64,000 nucleotides of DNA, from positions 1,869-65,868 of the IMG/VR virus record IMGVR_UViG_3300027892_004026. One strand, given 5' to 3'. The notes under the pieces were generated by a model. That model was not told where the DNA came from. It worked only from the letters and a program-made list of their open reading frames with translations, and did no database searches. A program made the position numbers and the translations under genes. Positions 46,955 through 55,889 of the stretch are shown here, piece after piece; position 1 is the stretch's first letter; each line of letters opens with the position of its first letter. The DNA is from a virus. Lineage: Duplodnaviria > Caudoviricetes.

Positions 46955-47793
46955 TAACGGTAACATATAATTCAGATGGTATCAAAGTTAGCGTTGAACA
47001 AATTAGCAAGTACAACAAAAATTTACCATTAAAGTTAAACATTAAAAAACATGTCAGTGGTGAAATACAATGGTCATCAAACTTAGGAGATAATTGGATC
47101 GCAACTTATCCTAATACTGAAATGTTTGATGTAGAAATTCTTGACTCAAGAGGACTTGTATTGTATACCAAAAAGTGGGACATAATGGAACATGGAAACC
47201 ATTTCTACAAATCTTTATGGACGTATAATAAATCGTTATTATCGAATGGAAAATTCCCAACAGGATTAGTTATTGGAACCCATGATGGTGAGTTTGGAGA
47301 ATGGGTTCCAAGTGTTCAAAATCGGCTGTGTAGAGTGGTTTTAGTTGAAGCTTCAAATAATCAATATAGTAAGTTACAAAAAAATTATTGTAAAAACTCA
47401 CTTGTTAAAACAATTCAAAATATAATAACACCAAACGGTGGAGAAGTTGAGTTTTTTGAAGGGGGTGAAGGTTATACAAATACCGTAGTTGAAAGAGTAA
47501 TTAAACACTGGGAGACAGAAGAGATTCACTCAACTAAAAAAAGTTCGATTGCTATTACCGATTTAATATTAACAGAATGTAACGGGAAAATTGACTGGTT
47601 ACATCTTGATGTTGAAGGATTAGATGCCCAATTAATAATGGGGATTGATGAGAACAAAGTTTCATTACCCGACTTTATTATTTTTGAGGACTATAATTTA
47701 ACTCAAGATAAAAAAGATGAAATTTACAATTGGTTAAAAGACAGAGGATTTGAACTTAAATCCGAAGGGGGTATTTGCGAGGCAATCAGATAA
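46951..47793 (+). CDS. FkbM-like methyltransferase with N-terminal beta module
   Basis: VIGTHDG, LVEAS, HLDVEGLD and IIFE. Confidence 0.7.
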   Translation: MITVTYNSDGIKVSVEQISKYNKNLPLKLNIKKHVSGEIQWSSNLGDNWIATYPNTEMFDVEILDSRGLVLYTKKWDIMEHGNHFYKSLWTYNKSLLSNGKFPTGLVIGTHDGEFGEWVPSVQNRLCRVVLVEASNNQYSKLQKNYCKNSLVKTIQNIITPNGGEVEFFEGGEGYTNTVVERVIKHWETEEIHSTKKSSIAITDLILTECNGKIDWLHLDVEGLDAQLIMGIDENKVSLPDFIIFEDYNLTQDKKDEIYNWLKDRGFELKSEGGICEAIR

Positions 47794-47796
47794 AAA

Positions 47797-47979
47797 TTAT
47801 TTCTTTTTAAATTGTTCCTTTTTTTCTTCAGACTGGTACAACTTCAACAACTTGAGAGAATCTTTGTAATGTTTCTCAAGCCTGTCCAATTCTTCAACAG
47901 GGACACATGAATCACAAGCAATGTTATATTGTTCTTCAGCCTCTTTGATAATATTTTGAATTGTGTTTATAAGTTTCAT
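47797..47979 (-). CDS. Small hypothetical helical protein
   Basis: It fills the gap on the minus strand (MKLINTIQNIIKEAEEQY...) and is preceded by TATTTATA on the same strand. Confidence 0.5.
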   Translation of the reverse strand: MKLINTIQNIIKEAEEQYNIACDSCVPVEELDRLEKHYKDSLKLLKLYQSEEKKEQFKKK

Positions 47980-47984
47980 ACACA

Positions 47985-47992
47985 TATAAATA
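47985..47992 (-). promoter_or_regulatory. TATTTATA candidate phage promoter element (minus strand)
   Basis: TATAAATA on the + strand, just upstream of the minus-strand ATG at 47979. Confidence 0.3.
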
Positions 47993-48063
47993 TTATCGAG
48001 GTACTACTTTATTTAGTTTTCAACAAAACTATATTATTGAGTGTATAAAACCTAATATCTGGT

Positions 48064-48071
48064 TATTTATA
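48064..48071 (+). promoter_or_regulatory. TATTTATA candidate phage promoter element
   Basis: Intergenic, just upstream of ATG 48088 at the start of the structural block. Confidence 0.3.
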
Positions 48072-48087
48072 TAGGAACAATTCTTAA

Positions 48088-51000
48088 ATGGGTATAATAT
48101 CAGTAAATTTTTATAGTGGGGGAACAGATGAATATCTGAAAGCCCTTACATGCTCCTCAACATCTTATAACTTAAACTTTGATGGAGACCCTGGAAATCC
48201 GAATCCAAACTTTTGTGATCTTGATGAATTGTTGTCTTGTGATATTACACCATTTGAAGCTCAAATTGCTGTAGGTCAAGAATTTTATCTTTCATCTGCA
48301 GGGCAAATTAGGGAATTTATACGACCATCTGCGGCGTCTGTTGCTTTTCAAAATGACAGTTTTGCCGGAGGGTGCCAACCCTGTTCTGTAGAAACTCCAA
48401 CTCCAACTCCCACACCATCACCTACTCCTATTGATTCATGTGTTTGTTATCAATATGCAAATGATGGAGAACCTACCGGTATAAATTCAATAACTTATTT
48501 AGATTGTGATCATGTACCGCAATCTATAAATAACGTTCCTTTTAGCCCTGCGGTTAACTATTTTTGTGCTATACTCGGAAGTGTTACTGCAACTGTAGGT
48601 TTAACTATTATCCAAGTTGATGAAAGTCTTTGTCCTGGAGGTGGATGTGTTGAAGGATTCACACCTACACCAACTCCAACGAATACTGAAACTCCAACAG
48701 AAACACCTACAAATACTGTAACACCAACAAGTACCTCAACTACAACACCTACAAATACTGGAACACCAACAAGCACCCCAACCCAAACCACTACGGTTGG
48801 ATTGACTCCAACTGCGACCGAAACCCAAACACCGACTCCAACTGAAACACCAACACAAACTCAGACTCCTACAGAAACCTCAACTCAGACTCCTACTCAA
48901 ACGGCAACGAATACTGCCACGCCAACAAATACTACGACTCAAACTCCTACTGAAACTCCAACACAAACGGCAACGAATACTGCCACGCCAACGAATACTA
49001 CGACTCAAACTCCTACTAACACTGCAACACAGACTCAAACTCCTACAAATACTGCAACACAGACTCAAACTCCAACTAATACCGCAACACAGACTCAAAC
49101 TCCTACAAATACTGCAACACAGACTCAAACTCCAACTAATACCGCAACACAAACTCCAACAACGACACAAACACCGTCACCAACAAATAGTATTGTTATA
49201 CAATTTCAAGATTGTACAAATGGTTCAAACATATTCAGATTTGGAGGACCAAGTATTCCTACTGTAATTGGTGATGTATATTGTATTACTAATAGTATTG
49301 AATTCGAAGGGTGTGCAACAATTGTAAGTGGGTTCACTAGTGGGACTCTATACAATTCTGTTGGAGTTACATTCACACAGGTTCCAACATGTGCGGATTC
49401 TTCATGTCCAAGAACCGCTCTAACCGCCGCTTTATTAACAAAATGCTCCGACGGAAGTGTATTATACGCCAATGTAAATGAAGATACTGCATTTGTTGGT
49501 GCTGCTTATCTTTATAATGGGGAGTGTTATAGTTTCGTTGAATTCTCAGGGCCAGGTGGGCCTGATTTTGGTGACCCTGATTTTGATGATTGTTCTTTTT
49601 GTGTACCTACGTCAACTCCGACCAATACACCACAACCTACACCGACGAATACTCCGACAGTATCACCGTCACCATCGGCATGTGCATTTACTGACTTCTG
49701 TTTCTATACCACATTACCATCTTTCTCAGGGTACAATGGAAACTATGAATCGGCCGGAACTTACAACTCAAGAATTTATTATTCGGGAGATGGAATAACT
49801 TCTGCGGTTATCTATCATACTGGTAGTTTTTGGTGTTTAAGCGATACCTTGGGAGGAACTTGTTTATTAAGAGGTTCCAATCCTTGTAATTCACAATGCC
49901 CTGATATTTCTTCAAATGATTTTGAAGGAGGAATTTGCCCAACTCCAACGCCAACTGGTGTTGATTGTTCAATATTTGATTTCAATGCTTATTTTGATTG
50001 TGATTGGGAGCCATTACCAACGCCAACTCCGAGTGTTGCTTGTGATGATGTTAATTTCATCATAGATTCAATAGGAGTAACTCCTACACCAACTCCTTCG
50101 GGTAACTTCTGTTCTGGTGTGGGTATTGATTTTAGTTTAAGTGGATTCACTTCAACAACTCCAACTGTGACATTGACACCTTCAGTTACACTTACAAGAA
50201 CCGTGTCCATTGAAGGTAGTGTTACTTTTGAAATGTTGGATGAAACATTTAGTTGTGTATCTGCTAAGGTATTAACTGATTGTGGTAGTGGAGAAGAATT
50301 CTATACGACCGATAGCTTGTCCTTCTTGGGAACTCCTGTATTAATTGGTATGACAATGTTTGTCCAAGTTAACGGAGTGAATCGTTGTGTGATTTATTCT
50401 CGAGATGACCAAAACTTATCATCTAATAGCACACTTGGAGCCATTGTACAAATCTATTCTTCTTGTGAATACTGTAGTACAATACCAACTCCAACACCAA
50501 CTACTACATCAACACCGACGAACACTCCTACATCAACTGCAGGAATTACACCAAGTGTAACTAAAACACAAACTCCAACACCATCTCAGACTGCAACTTT
50601 AGGAACTACACCTCCACCAACACCGACTCAAACTAGAACTCCAACCGCTACAAACACGCCAACACCATCTATAACCGCATCTCCATCAGCAACACCTAAT
50701 TTCCTATATGTATATGAGTCTTGTAACCGTATCGGTGGAGGAAGAGGAACAATAACTCAAGTTATCCAAACACAACCAGTATCTTTCACAATTGCGGTAA
50801 ATGAAACATTCAAAGATAACGATGGAAATTGTTGGTATTATATTGGCCAGTTTAATACATCTTATATTGCACCACCAAAAGTTACGCCAATAAACTTTGG
50901 AGGTAATTATTTTATAGGTGTTTCAAGTCAAACTTATTCTAATTGTGAGACCTGTGCTACAGGAAACATCGGAGCATTTGGAGAAAGTGGTGTGAGTGAT

Positions 51001-51207
51001 ATAAGTATTTTTGACGCTTGTTCGGACGCTATTATCAATCCGAAAACATTATATTCAAATTGTGAGACGATTAATGTTGGATGTGTATTATATACAGATT
51101 CAACTTTACAGAATGTAGTTAGTGAAATATATGTATACCATCAAGGAGCCAATTGGGACCTTAATGGATCTGGTGGAGTAATCGGATTATCATCAACACA
51201 ATGTTAA
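48088..51207 (+). CDS. Thr/Pro-repeat (mucin-like) putative virion protein with Cys-rich modules
   Basis: Long TPT(N/Q/E) tracts separate several ~60-70 aa modules with paired Cys. Confidence 0.65.
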   Translation: MGIISVNFYSGGTDEYLKALTCSSTSYNLNFDGDPGNPNPNFCDLDELLSCDITPFEAQIAVGQEFYLSSAGQIREFIRPSAASVAFQNDSFAGGCQPCSVETPTPTPTPSPTPIDSCVCYQYANDGEPTGINSITYLDCDHVPQSINNVPFSPAVNYFCAILGSVTATVGLTIIQVDESLCPGGGCVEGFTPTPTPTNTETPTETPTNTVTPTSTSTTTPTNTGTPTSTPTQTTTVGLTPTATETQTPTPTETPTQTQTPTETSTQTPTQTATNTATPTNTTTQTPTETPTQTATNTATPTNTTTQTPTNTATQTQTPTNTATQTQTPTNTATQTQTPTNTATQTQTPTNTATQTPTTTQTPSPTNSIVIQFQDCTNGSNIFRFGGPSIPTVIGDVYCITNSIEFEGCATIVSGFTSGTLYNSVGVTFTQVPTCADSSCPRTALTAALLTKCSDGSVLYANVNEDTAFVGAAYLYNGECYSFVEFSGPGGPDFGDPDFDDCSFCVPTSTPTNTPQPTPTNTPTVSPSPSACAFTDFCFYTTLPSFSGYNGNYESAGTYNSRIYYSGDGITSAVIYHTGSFWCLSDTLGGTCLLRGSNPCNSQCPDISSNDFEGGICPTPTPTGVDCSIFDFNAYFDCDWEPLPTPTPSVACDDVNFIIDSIGVTPTPTPSGNFCSGVGIDFSLSGFTSTTPTVTLTPSVTLTRTVSIEGSVTFEMLDETFSCVSAKVLTDCGSGEEFYTTDSLSFLGTPVLIGMTMFVQVNGVNRCVIYSRDDQNLSSNSTLGAIVQIYSSCEYCSTIPTPTPTTTSTPTNTPTSTAGITPSVTKTQTPTPSQTATLGTTPPPTPTQTRTPTATNTPTPSITASPSATPNFLYVYESCNRIGGGRGTITQVIQTQPVSFTIAVNETFKDNDGNCWYYIGQFNTSYIAPPKVTPINFGGNYFIGVSSQTYSNCETCATGNIGAFGESGVSDISIFDACSDAIINPKTLYSNCETINVGCVLYTDSTLQNVVSEIYVYHQGANWDLNGSGGVIGLSSTQC
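49021..49140 (+). repeat. 30-bp coding tandem repeat x4 ([10 protein letters not shown])
   Basis: ac(t/c)gcaacacagactcaaactcc(taca/aact)aat repeated in frame, with a 60-bp higher-order period. Confidence 0.9.
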
Positions 51208-51218
51208 ATAAATAAGAA

Positions 51219-51443
51219 ATGGGAGTACAAGTTACAATAAATAATATTTCAGGAGTAACACCTTATGATATTTATGTCTGTCAAGTTGATGGGTCAGGTT
51301 GTTTTTATATATCAACTATAGGTTCAACATTTCCATATATATTTGATATCCCTTCACCATATGATTTATCTCCAAACTATATGGTTAAGGCGATTGATGC
51401 AAACAATTGCATAATTTCAGGTACTAGTGCTGTAATATTATGA
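51219..51443 (+). CDS. 74-aa beta-rich protein homologous to the N-terminal module of the next gene
   Basis: VQVTI...TPYDIYVC...CFYIST...FPYIFDIPSPYD...D..NCI aligns with QQVTI...TPVEIFYC...CVYVST...FPFTFSVPPPYD...D..GCI. Confidence 0.75.
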   Translation: MGVQVTINNISGVTPYDIYVCQVDGSGCFYISTIGSTFPYIFDIPSPYDLSPNYMVKAIDANNCIISGTSAVIL

Positions 51444-54400
51444 GTCAACAAGTAACAATTACATCAGTAACCGCAAATACACCAGTAGAAATATTCTACT
51501 GTGATTCATTTAGCGCGAACTGTGTATACGTTTCAACCGTTTCAGTTTTTCCATTTACTTTCTCTGTACCTCCTCCTTATGATGAATCGAATATAGTAAT
51601 AAAAATCGAGGATACTAGTGGTTGTATTGATGGTGAAATAATATTTGTTACTCCTACACCAACTTCAAGTGTGACTCCAACAGTTACTATAACACCAACA
51701 AACACGTCAACTCAAACAAATACTCCGACGGTAAGTCCGACGGTAAGTCCAACAAATACCTTCACTCCGACTCAGACACAAACAAATACTCCTACTCCGT
51801 CAGTAACACCAGTATTTTCACTTCACTTGATTGGGCAAAATACATTTTCAACTTCAGCAAACACATGTAATGACCAATTAACTTTTGATAATTACTATAC
51901 CTACCTGAATGAAGCGGACACAGTACCTGTAGTTGGAGTTAAAATTTATCAAACAGCCTTCGGTGGAGTTCTATTTAATCCTTATAACGGTAATAACCAA
52001 TATACTAAATTTACTTTCGGAGGAAATGAGTATGCTGTTGAGGTTGATACTAGTGGAACCATAGTAAGTTTCGACCTATGCGGTGTATTGGTTACTGTTA
52101 CACCAACTAATACACCTACGGCAACAAATACACCTACCAATACCACAACTTCAACATTAACACCTACAAATACACAGACAAATACACAAACAATCACCCC
52201 AACAAATACTACAACTCAGACAGTGACTCCGTCCACAACTGCCACTTTTGGATTGACTCCAACTGCTACCGAGACACAAACTCCTACACAAACAGCGACA
52301 CAAACTCAAACTCCAACAAATACTGAAACTGCGACACCAACTACAACATCGACACCAACTCAAACTCCGACTGCAACTATTGGAAATAACGAAATAACTT
52401 TAGATGGATTTATATTTTCTGGATCAGTAGGGGCGGGATTCTCGGCAACATCTGAGGCACCTGTGGCAGACGATTTCACGGTCAATTTTAATGCTGTCTT
52501 GGGAGTTACAACTGGTGGAACTATTACAATACCGGTTTCAATATTAATTCCAATCGGTGAATCTTCTGGATTTACTCAAACATTCGTAAATGGTGACTAT
52601 AATAGTTTGAACCAAACTGCGGCACTGACAGATATTAGTTATTCAACTTCTGCGACAACATCATTTACTTTCGCTTCAGAATTTTTCTTTAATGTAACCC
52701 CAACGCCAACTCAATCACCAACTCCAACAGAAACACCAACACAAACTGTTACTCGAACTCCTACAAATACTGCTACTGAGACTTTAACTAACACTCCCAC
52801 TCAAACACCAACCAAAACCGCGACTAATACTCCAACAAATACTGAGACACCGACTAATACTCCTACTGAGACACCTACAAATACTCCTACAGAAACGCCT
52901 GCTAACACTCAAACTCCGTCACAAACTGCGACTGCGACTCCTACAGAAACACCGGTACCAACTGCTTCTGAAACTCCTACAAATACTCCAACTAATACTG
53001 AGACATCTACTCCAACTAATACAGAAACTCCAACGCAAACAGGAACTGCTGCGGTAACACCAACCACAACAACAACTTTAACAGCAACTAATACAGAAAC
53101 TCCGACAAATACTGCTACTGAAACACCTACAAATACTCAAACTCCAACTGAAACACCGACAGAGACACCTACAAACACTCCGAGTGAGACTCCTACTAAT
53201 ACTCCAACTAATACTGAAACATCTACGCCAACTAATACTGAAACACCAACAAATACGCCAACGCCAGAATCTACACCTACTGAGACACCGACTGAAACAC
53301 CTACAGAAACACCTACACCAGAAGCTACAACTACACCAACTAATACACCTACTGAGACACCAACTAATACCGCAAGTGTAACACCTACTAATACTACAAG
53401 TGTAACACCTACTAACACATCAACTCCAACAAATACTGCAGGTGAAACTCCAACAGTTACTCCAACAGTTACTCCAACAAAAACAGTTACACCTACAGTT
53501 ACTTCAACTCCTACAGGAACTTCGGTAACACCAACTGTAACACCAACCAAAACAACAACACCAACTGTAACACCAACTTCAACACCTTGTACAGTTTTAG
53601 ATGGAAGTTTATTATTTAACGGTAGTAGTCAATCATTAGGATTAAGTCCTGGTGTGATTTTTGGAGTCGGTTCATACACTGTTGAGGGATGGTTCTATAA
53701 TACCTCAGGCTTCGTTAATAAAGGGATATTGGGGGTTCCTGTTAGTAGTAATATAGGAGCGTTAAACTTGTTCTTTGGAAGTAGTACAGCAATCGTTACA
53801 GACAAAAATGGTGGAGGAGGTCAATATACCTATAACATGGCATCCGCTATTAGTGTAAATGCTTGGCACTATTTCATATACAATAGTAATTCTGATGGAA
53901 CTACAGCGGTTTACATTGATGGTGTAAGAAGTCTAAATACTCAGGTTGACACATATAATTATACAACCGCAACTGATACTGTTGGTAGATTCTATTCAGG
54001 ATATTGGCCAGGTTATTGGACTAATATGAGAATAACTAAAGGAACTGCGGTCTATAATTCAAATTTAACAACTCAACTTAATCCAAAAGCGCCTCTTACA
54101 TCGTTACCAAACACTAAATACTTAATGTTAGGTGCGTCAATAACAACGGATTCGTCTGGTACTCAAACTGTAACAAACATTGGTGGTGTTACATTAAGTA
54201 CTTTACAACCTTGTCCAGGACCAACTCCAACTCCTACGGTAACGGCAACTAATACTGTTACTCCAACTAACACTCCGACAAATACTACAACATCAACTCA
54301 AACACCGACCAACACTGCAAGTAATACTCAAACACCAAGTAATACTGCAACTAATACACAAACACCAACTCAAACACCAACCAATACTCAAACACCAACA

Positions 54401-55870
54401 ACTACAACAACATTAACTGCTACTAATACTGAAACTCCAACTAATACTCAAACACCAAGTAATACTCCAACTAATACACAAACGCCTACAACTACAACAA
54501 CATTAACTGCGACACCTACAGAGACTCCAACTAACACGGCTACTAATACTCAAACTCCGACGAACACAACTACAAATACTCAAACTCCAACAACTACTCC
54601 AACAACTACTCCTACTAATACAGAAACGCCAACTCAAACACAAACACCTACAAAGACGGGAGCAACATTAACTCCAACTACAACTCCAACTACAACTCCA
54701 ACACCAACACGTCAACCAACCCCAATTTTCTATTTGGACGCATCAACAGTGAGTGGAGGAACAACAACATGGACAGATTCGGTTGCAGGTATTCCATTTA
54801 CTCTTTATGGTAATGGTAGAACATCTCCTAACCAAAGTACTTATCCAACTTATAATAGTGGATATGGTGGTTATTTAAGTTTTGATAGTAATAATAGACA
54901 ATTTGCTAGAGCAAGTACGTCTTTGGGTAGCCAAACAACCTTTACTGTTACTGGTTGGTGGTGGATAACAAGTCTTGATACCGTACAAGGTAATACCGCA
55001 TTTACAATAATAACGGAAAGACTTGGTGGTAGTCCTGCGGCGATTAATTTCGCTTTAGGGTATGGAGTTAATACTCAAACAAATACTATTAATGGAGGTC
55101 TTTTTAAAGGTGGGTGGGCATCAGCAGGTTCCGCGGCACCAACTACTGGAGCTTGGCAATATTTAGCATTAACATATAATAACTCAACAGCAACACTTCA
55201 ATCTTATATTAATGGAGCAGTTAATGGACCTTCGTATTCTGTTCCATCGGGTCAACAAAACCCAATAACAAGTAATATTGGATACTTTGTTGGAACAAGA
55301 TGGGATGCAACTGCTCAAGATACGTCAATTAACTACTTAAACGGTAGAGTTGCGACAATTAAAGTTTATAACCAAGCATTTGGTTCATCTCAAATATTGA
55401 GTATGTATAATGCTGAATTATCTAGATTCTTAGAGCCGACTCCAACGCCAACTGCAACACCAACTCAAACAGGTACACCATCTGTTACATCAACTCAAAC
55501 TCCTACTAATACTAAAACTCCAACTGAAACACCAACAAATACTCCTACTAATACAGAGACTCCAACTGAAACACCAACAAATACACCTACCAATACAGAA
55601 ACACCAACAAATACTCCTACTAATACAGAAACACCAACAAATACTCCTACTAATACGACAACTAATACAGAAACACCAACTCAGACACAAACACCTACTA
55701 ATACTGAAACTCCAACTGTAACTCCTACGGAAACTCCTACGCCTGAACCAACAACTACACCTACAAATACAGAGACTCCTACACCAACACAATCCGTACC
55801 ACCTTGTGATATAACATATAATGTAGTACCATTTGATATGACTTGTGATATAACGTATAATATAATATAA
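51440..55870 (+). CDS. Thr/Pro-repeat putative virion fibre protein with two LamG domains
   Basis: Extensive TPT/TET tracts. LamG-like domains lie at about 53590-54230 (YTVEGWF...AWHY...VYIDG...WTNMRI) and about 54720-55430 (FTVTGWW...WQYLALTY...YING...NGRVATIKVYN). Confidence 0.75.
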   Translation: MSQQVTITSVTANTPVEIFYCDSFSANCVYVSTVSVFPFTFSVPPPYDESNIVIKIEDTSGCIDGEIIFVTPTPTSSVTPTVTITPTNTSTQTNTPTVSPTVSPTNTFTPTQTQTNTPTPSVTPVFSLHLIGQNTFSTSANTCNDQLTFDNYYTYLNEADTVPVVGVKIYQTAFGGVLFNPYNGNNQYTKFTFGGNEYAVEVDTSGTIVSFDLCGVLVTVTPTNTPTATNTPTNTTTSTLTPTNTQTNTQTITPTNTTTQTVTPSTTATFGLTPTATETQTPTQTATQTQTPTNTETATPTTTSTPTQTPTATIGNNEITLDGFIFSGSVGAGFSATSEAPVADDFTVNFNAVLGVTTGGTITIPVSILIPIGESSGFTQTFVNGDYNSLNQTAALTDISYSTSATTSFTFASEFFFNVTPTPTQSPTPTETPTQTVTRTPTNTATETLTNTPTQTPTKTATNTPTNTETPTNTPTETPTNTPTETPANTQTPSQTATATPTETPVPTASETPTNTPTNTETSTPTNTETPTQTGTAAVTPTTTTTLTATNTETPTNTATETPTNTQTPTETPTETPTNTPSETPTNTPTNTETSTPTNTETPTNTPTPESTPTETPTETPTETPTPEATTTPTNTPTETPTNTASVTPTNTTSVTPTNTSTPTNTAGETPTVTPTVTPTKTVTPTVTSTPTGTSVTPTVTPTKTTTPTVTPTSTPCTVLDGSLLFNGSSQSLGLSPGVIFGVGSYTVEGWFYNTSGFVNKGILGVPVSSNIGALNLFFGSSTAIVTDKNGGGGQYTYNMASAISVNAWHYFIYNSNSDGTTAVYIDGVRSLNTQVDTYNYTTATDTVGRFYSGYWPGYWTNMRITKGTAVYNSNLTTQLNPKAPLTSLPNTKYLMLGASITTDSSGTQTVTNIGGVTLSTLQPCPGPTPTPTVTATNTVTPTNTPTNTTTSTQTPTNTASNTQTPSNTATNTQTPTQTPTNTQTPTTTTTLTATNTETPTNTQTPSNTPTNTQTPTTTTTLTATPTETPTNTATNTQTPTNTTTNTQTPTTTPTTTPTNTETPTQTQTPTKTGATLTPTTTPTTTPTPTRQPTPIFYLDASTVSGGTTTWTDSVAGIPFTLYGNGRTSPNQSTYPTYNSGYGGYLSFDSNNRQFARASTSLGSQTTFTVTGWWWITSLDTVQGNTAFTIITERLGGSPAAINFALGYGVNTQTNTINGGLFKGGWASAGSAAPTTGAWQYLALTYNNSTATLQSYINGAVNGPSYSVPSGQQNPITSNIGYFVGTRWDATAQDTSINYLNGRVATIKVYNQAFGSSQILSMYNAELSRFLEPTPTPTATPTQTGTPSVTSTQTPTNTKTPTETPTNTPTNTETPTETPTNTPTNTETPTNTPTNTETPTNTPTNTTTNTETPTQTQTPTNTETPTVTPTETPTPEPTTTPTNTETPTPTQSVPPCDITYNVVPFDMTCDITYNII

Positions 55871-55889
55871 AAATAAAGATAGATATAAA

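Noticed and set aside
49021-49160. 30-bp repeats that could resemble a CRISPR array
   Set aside because: There are no unique spacers, the length is a multiple of three in frame within a CDS, and no cas genes are present.
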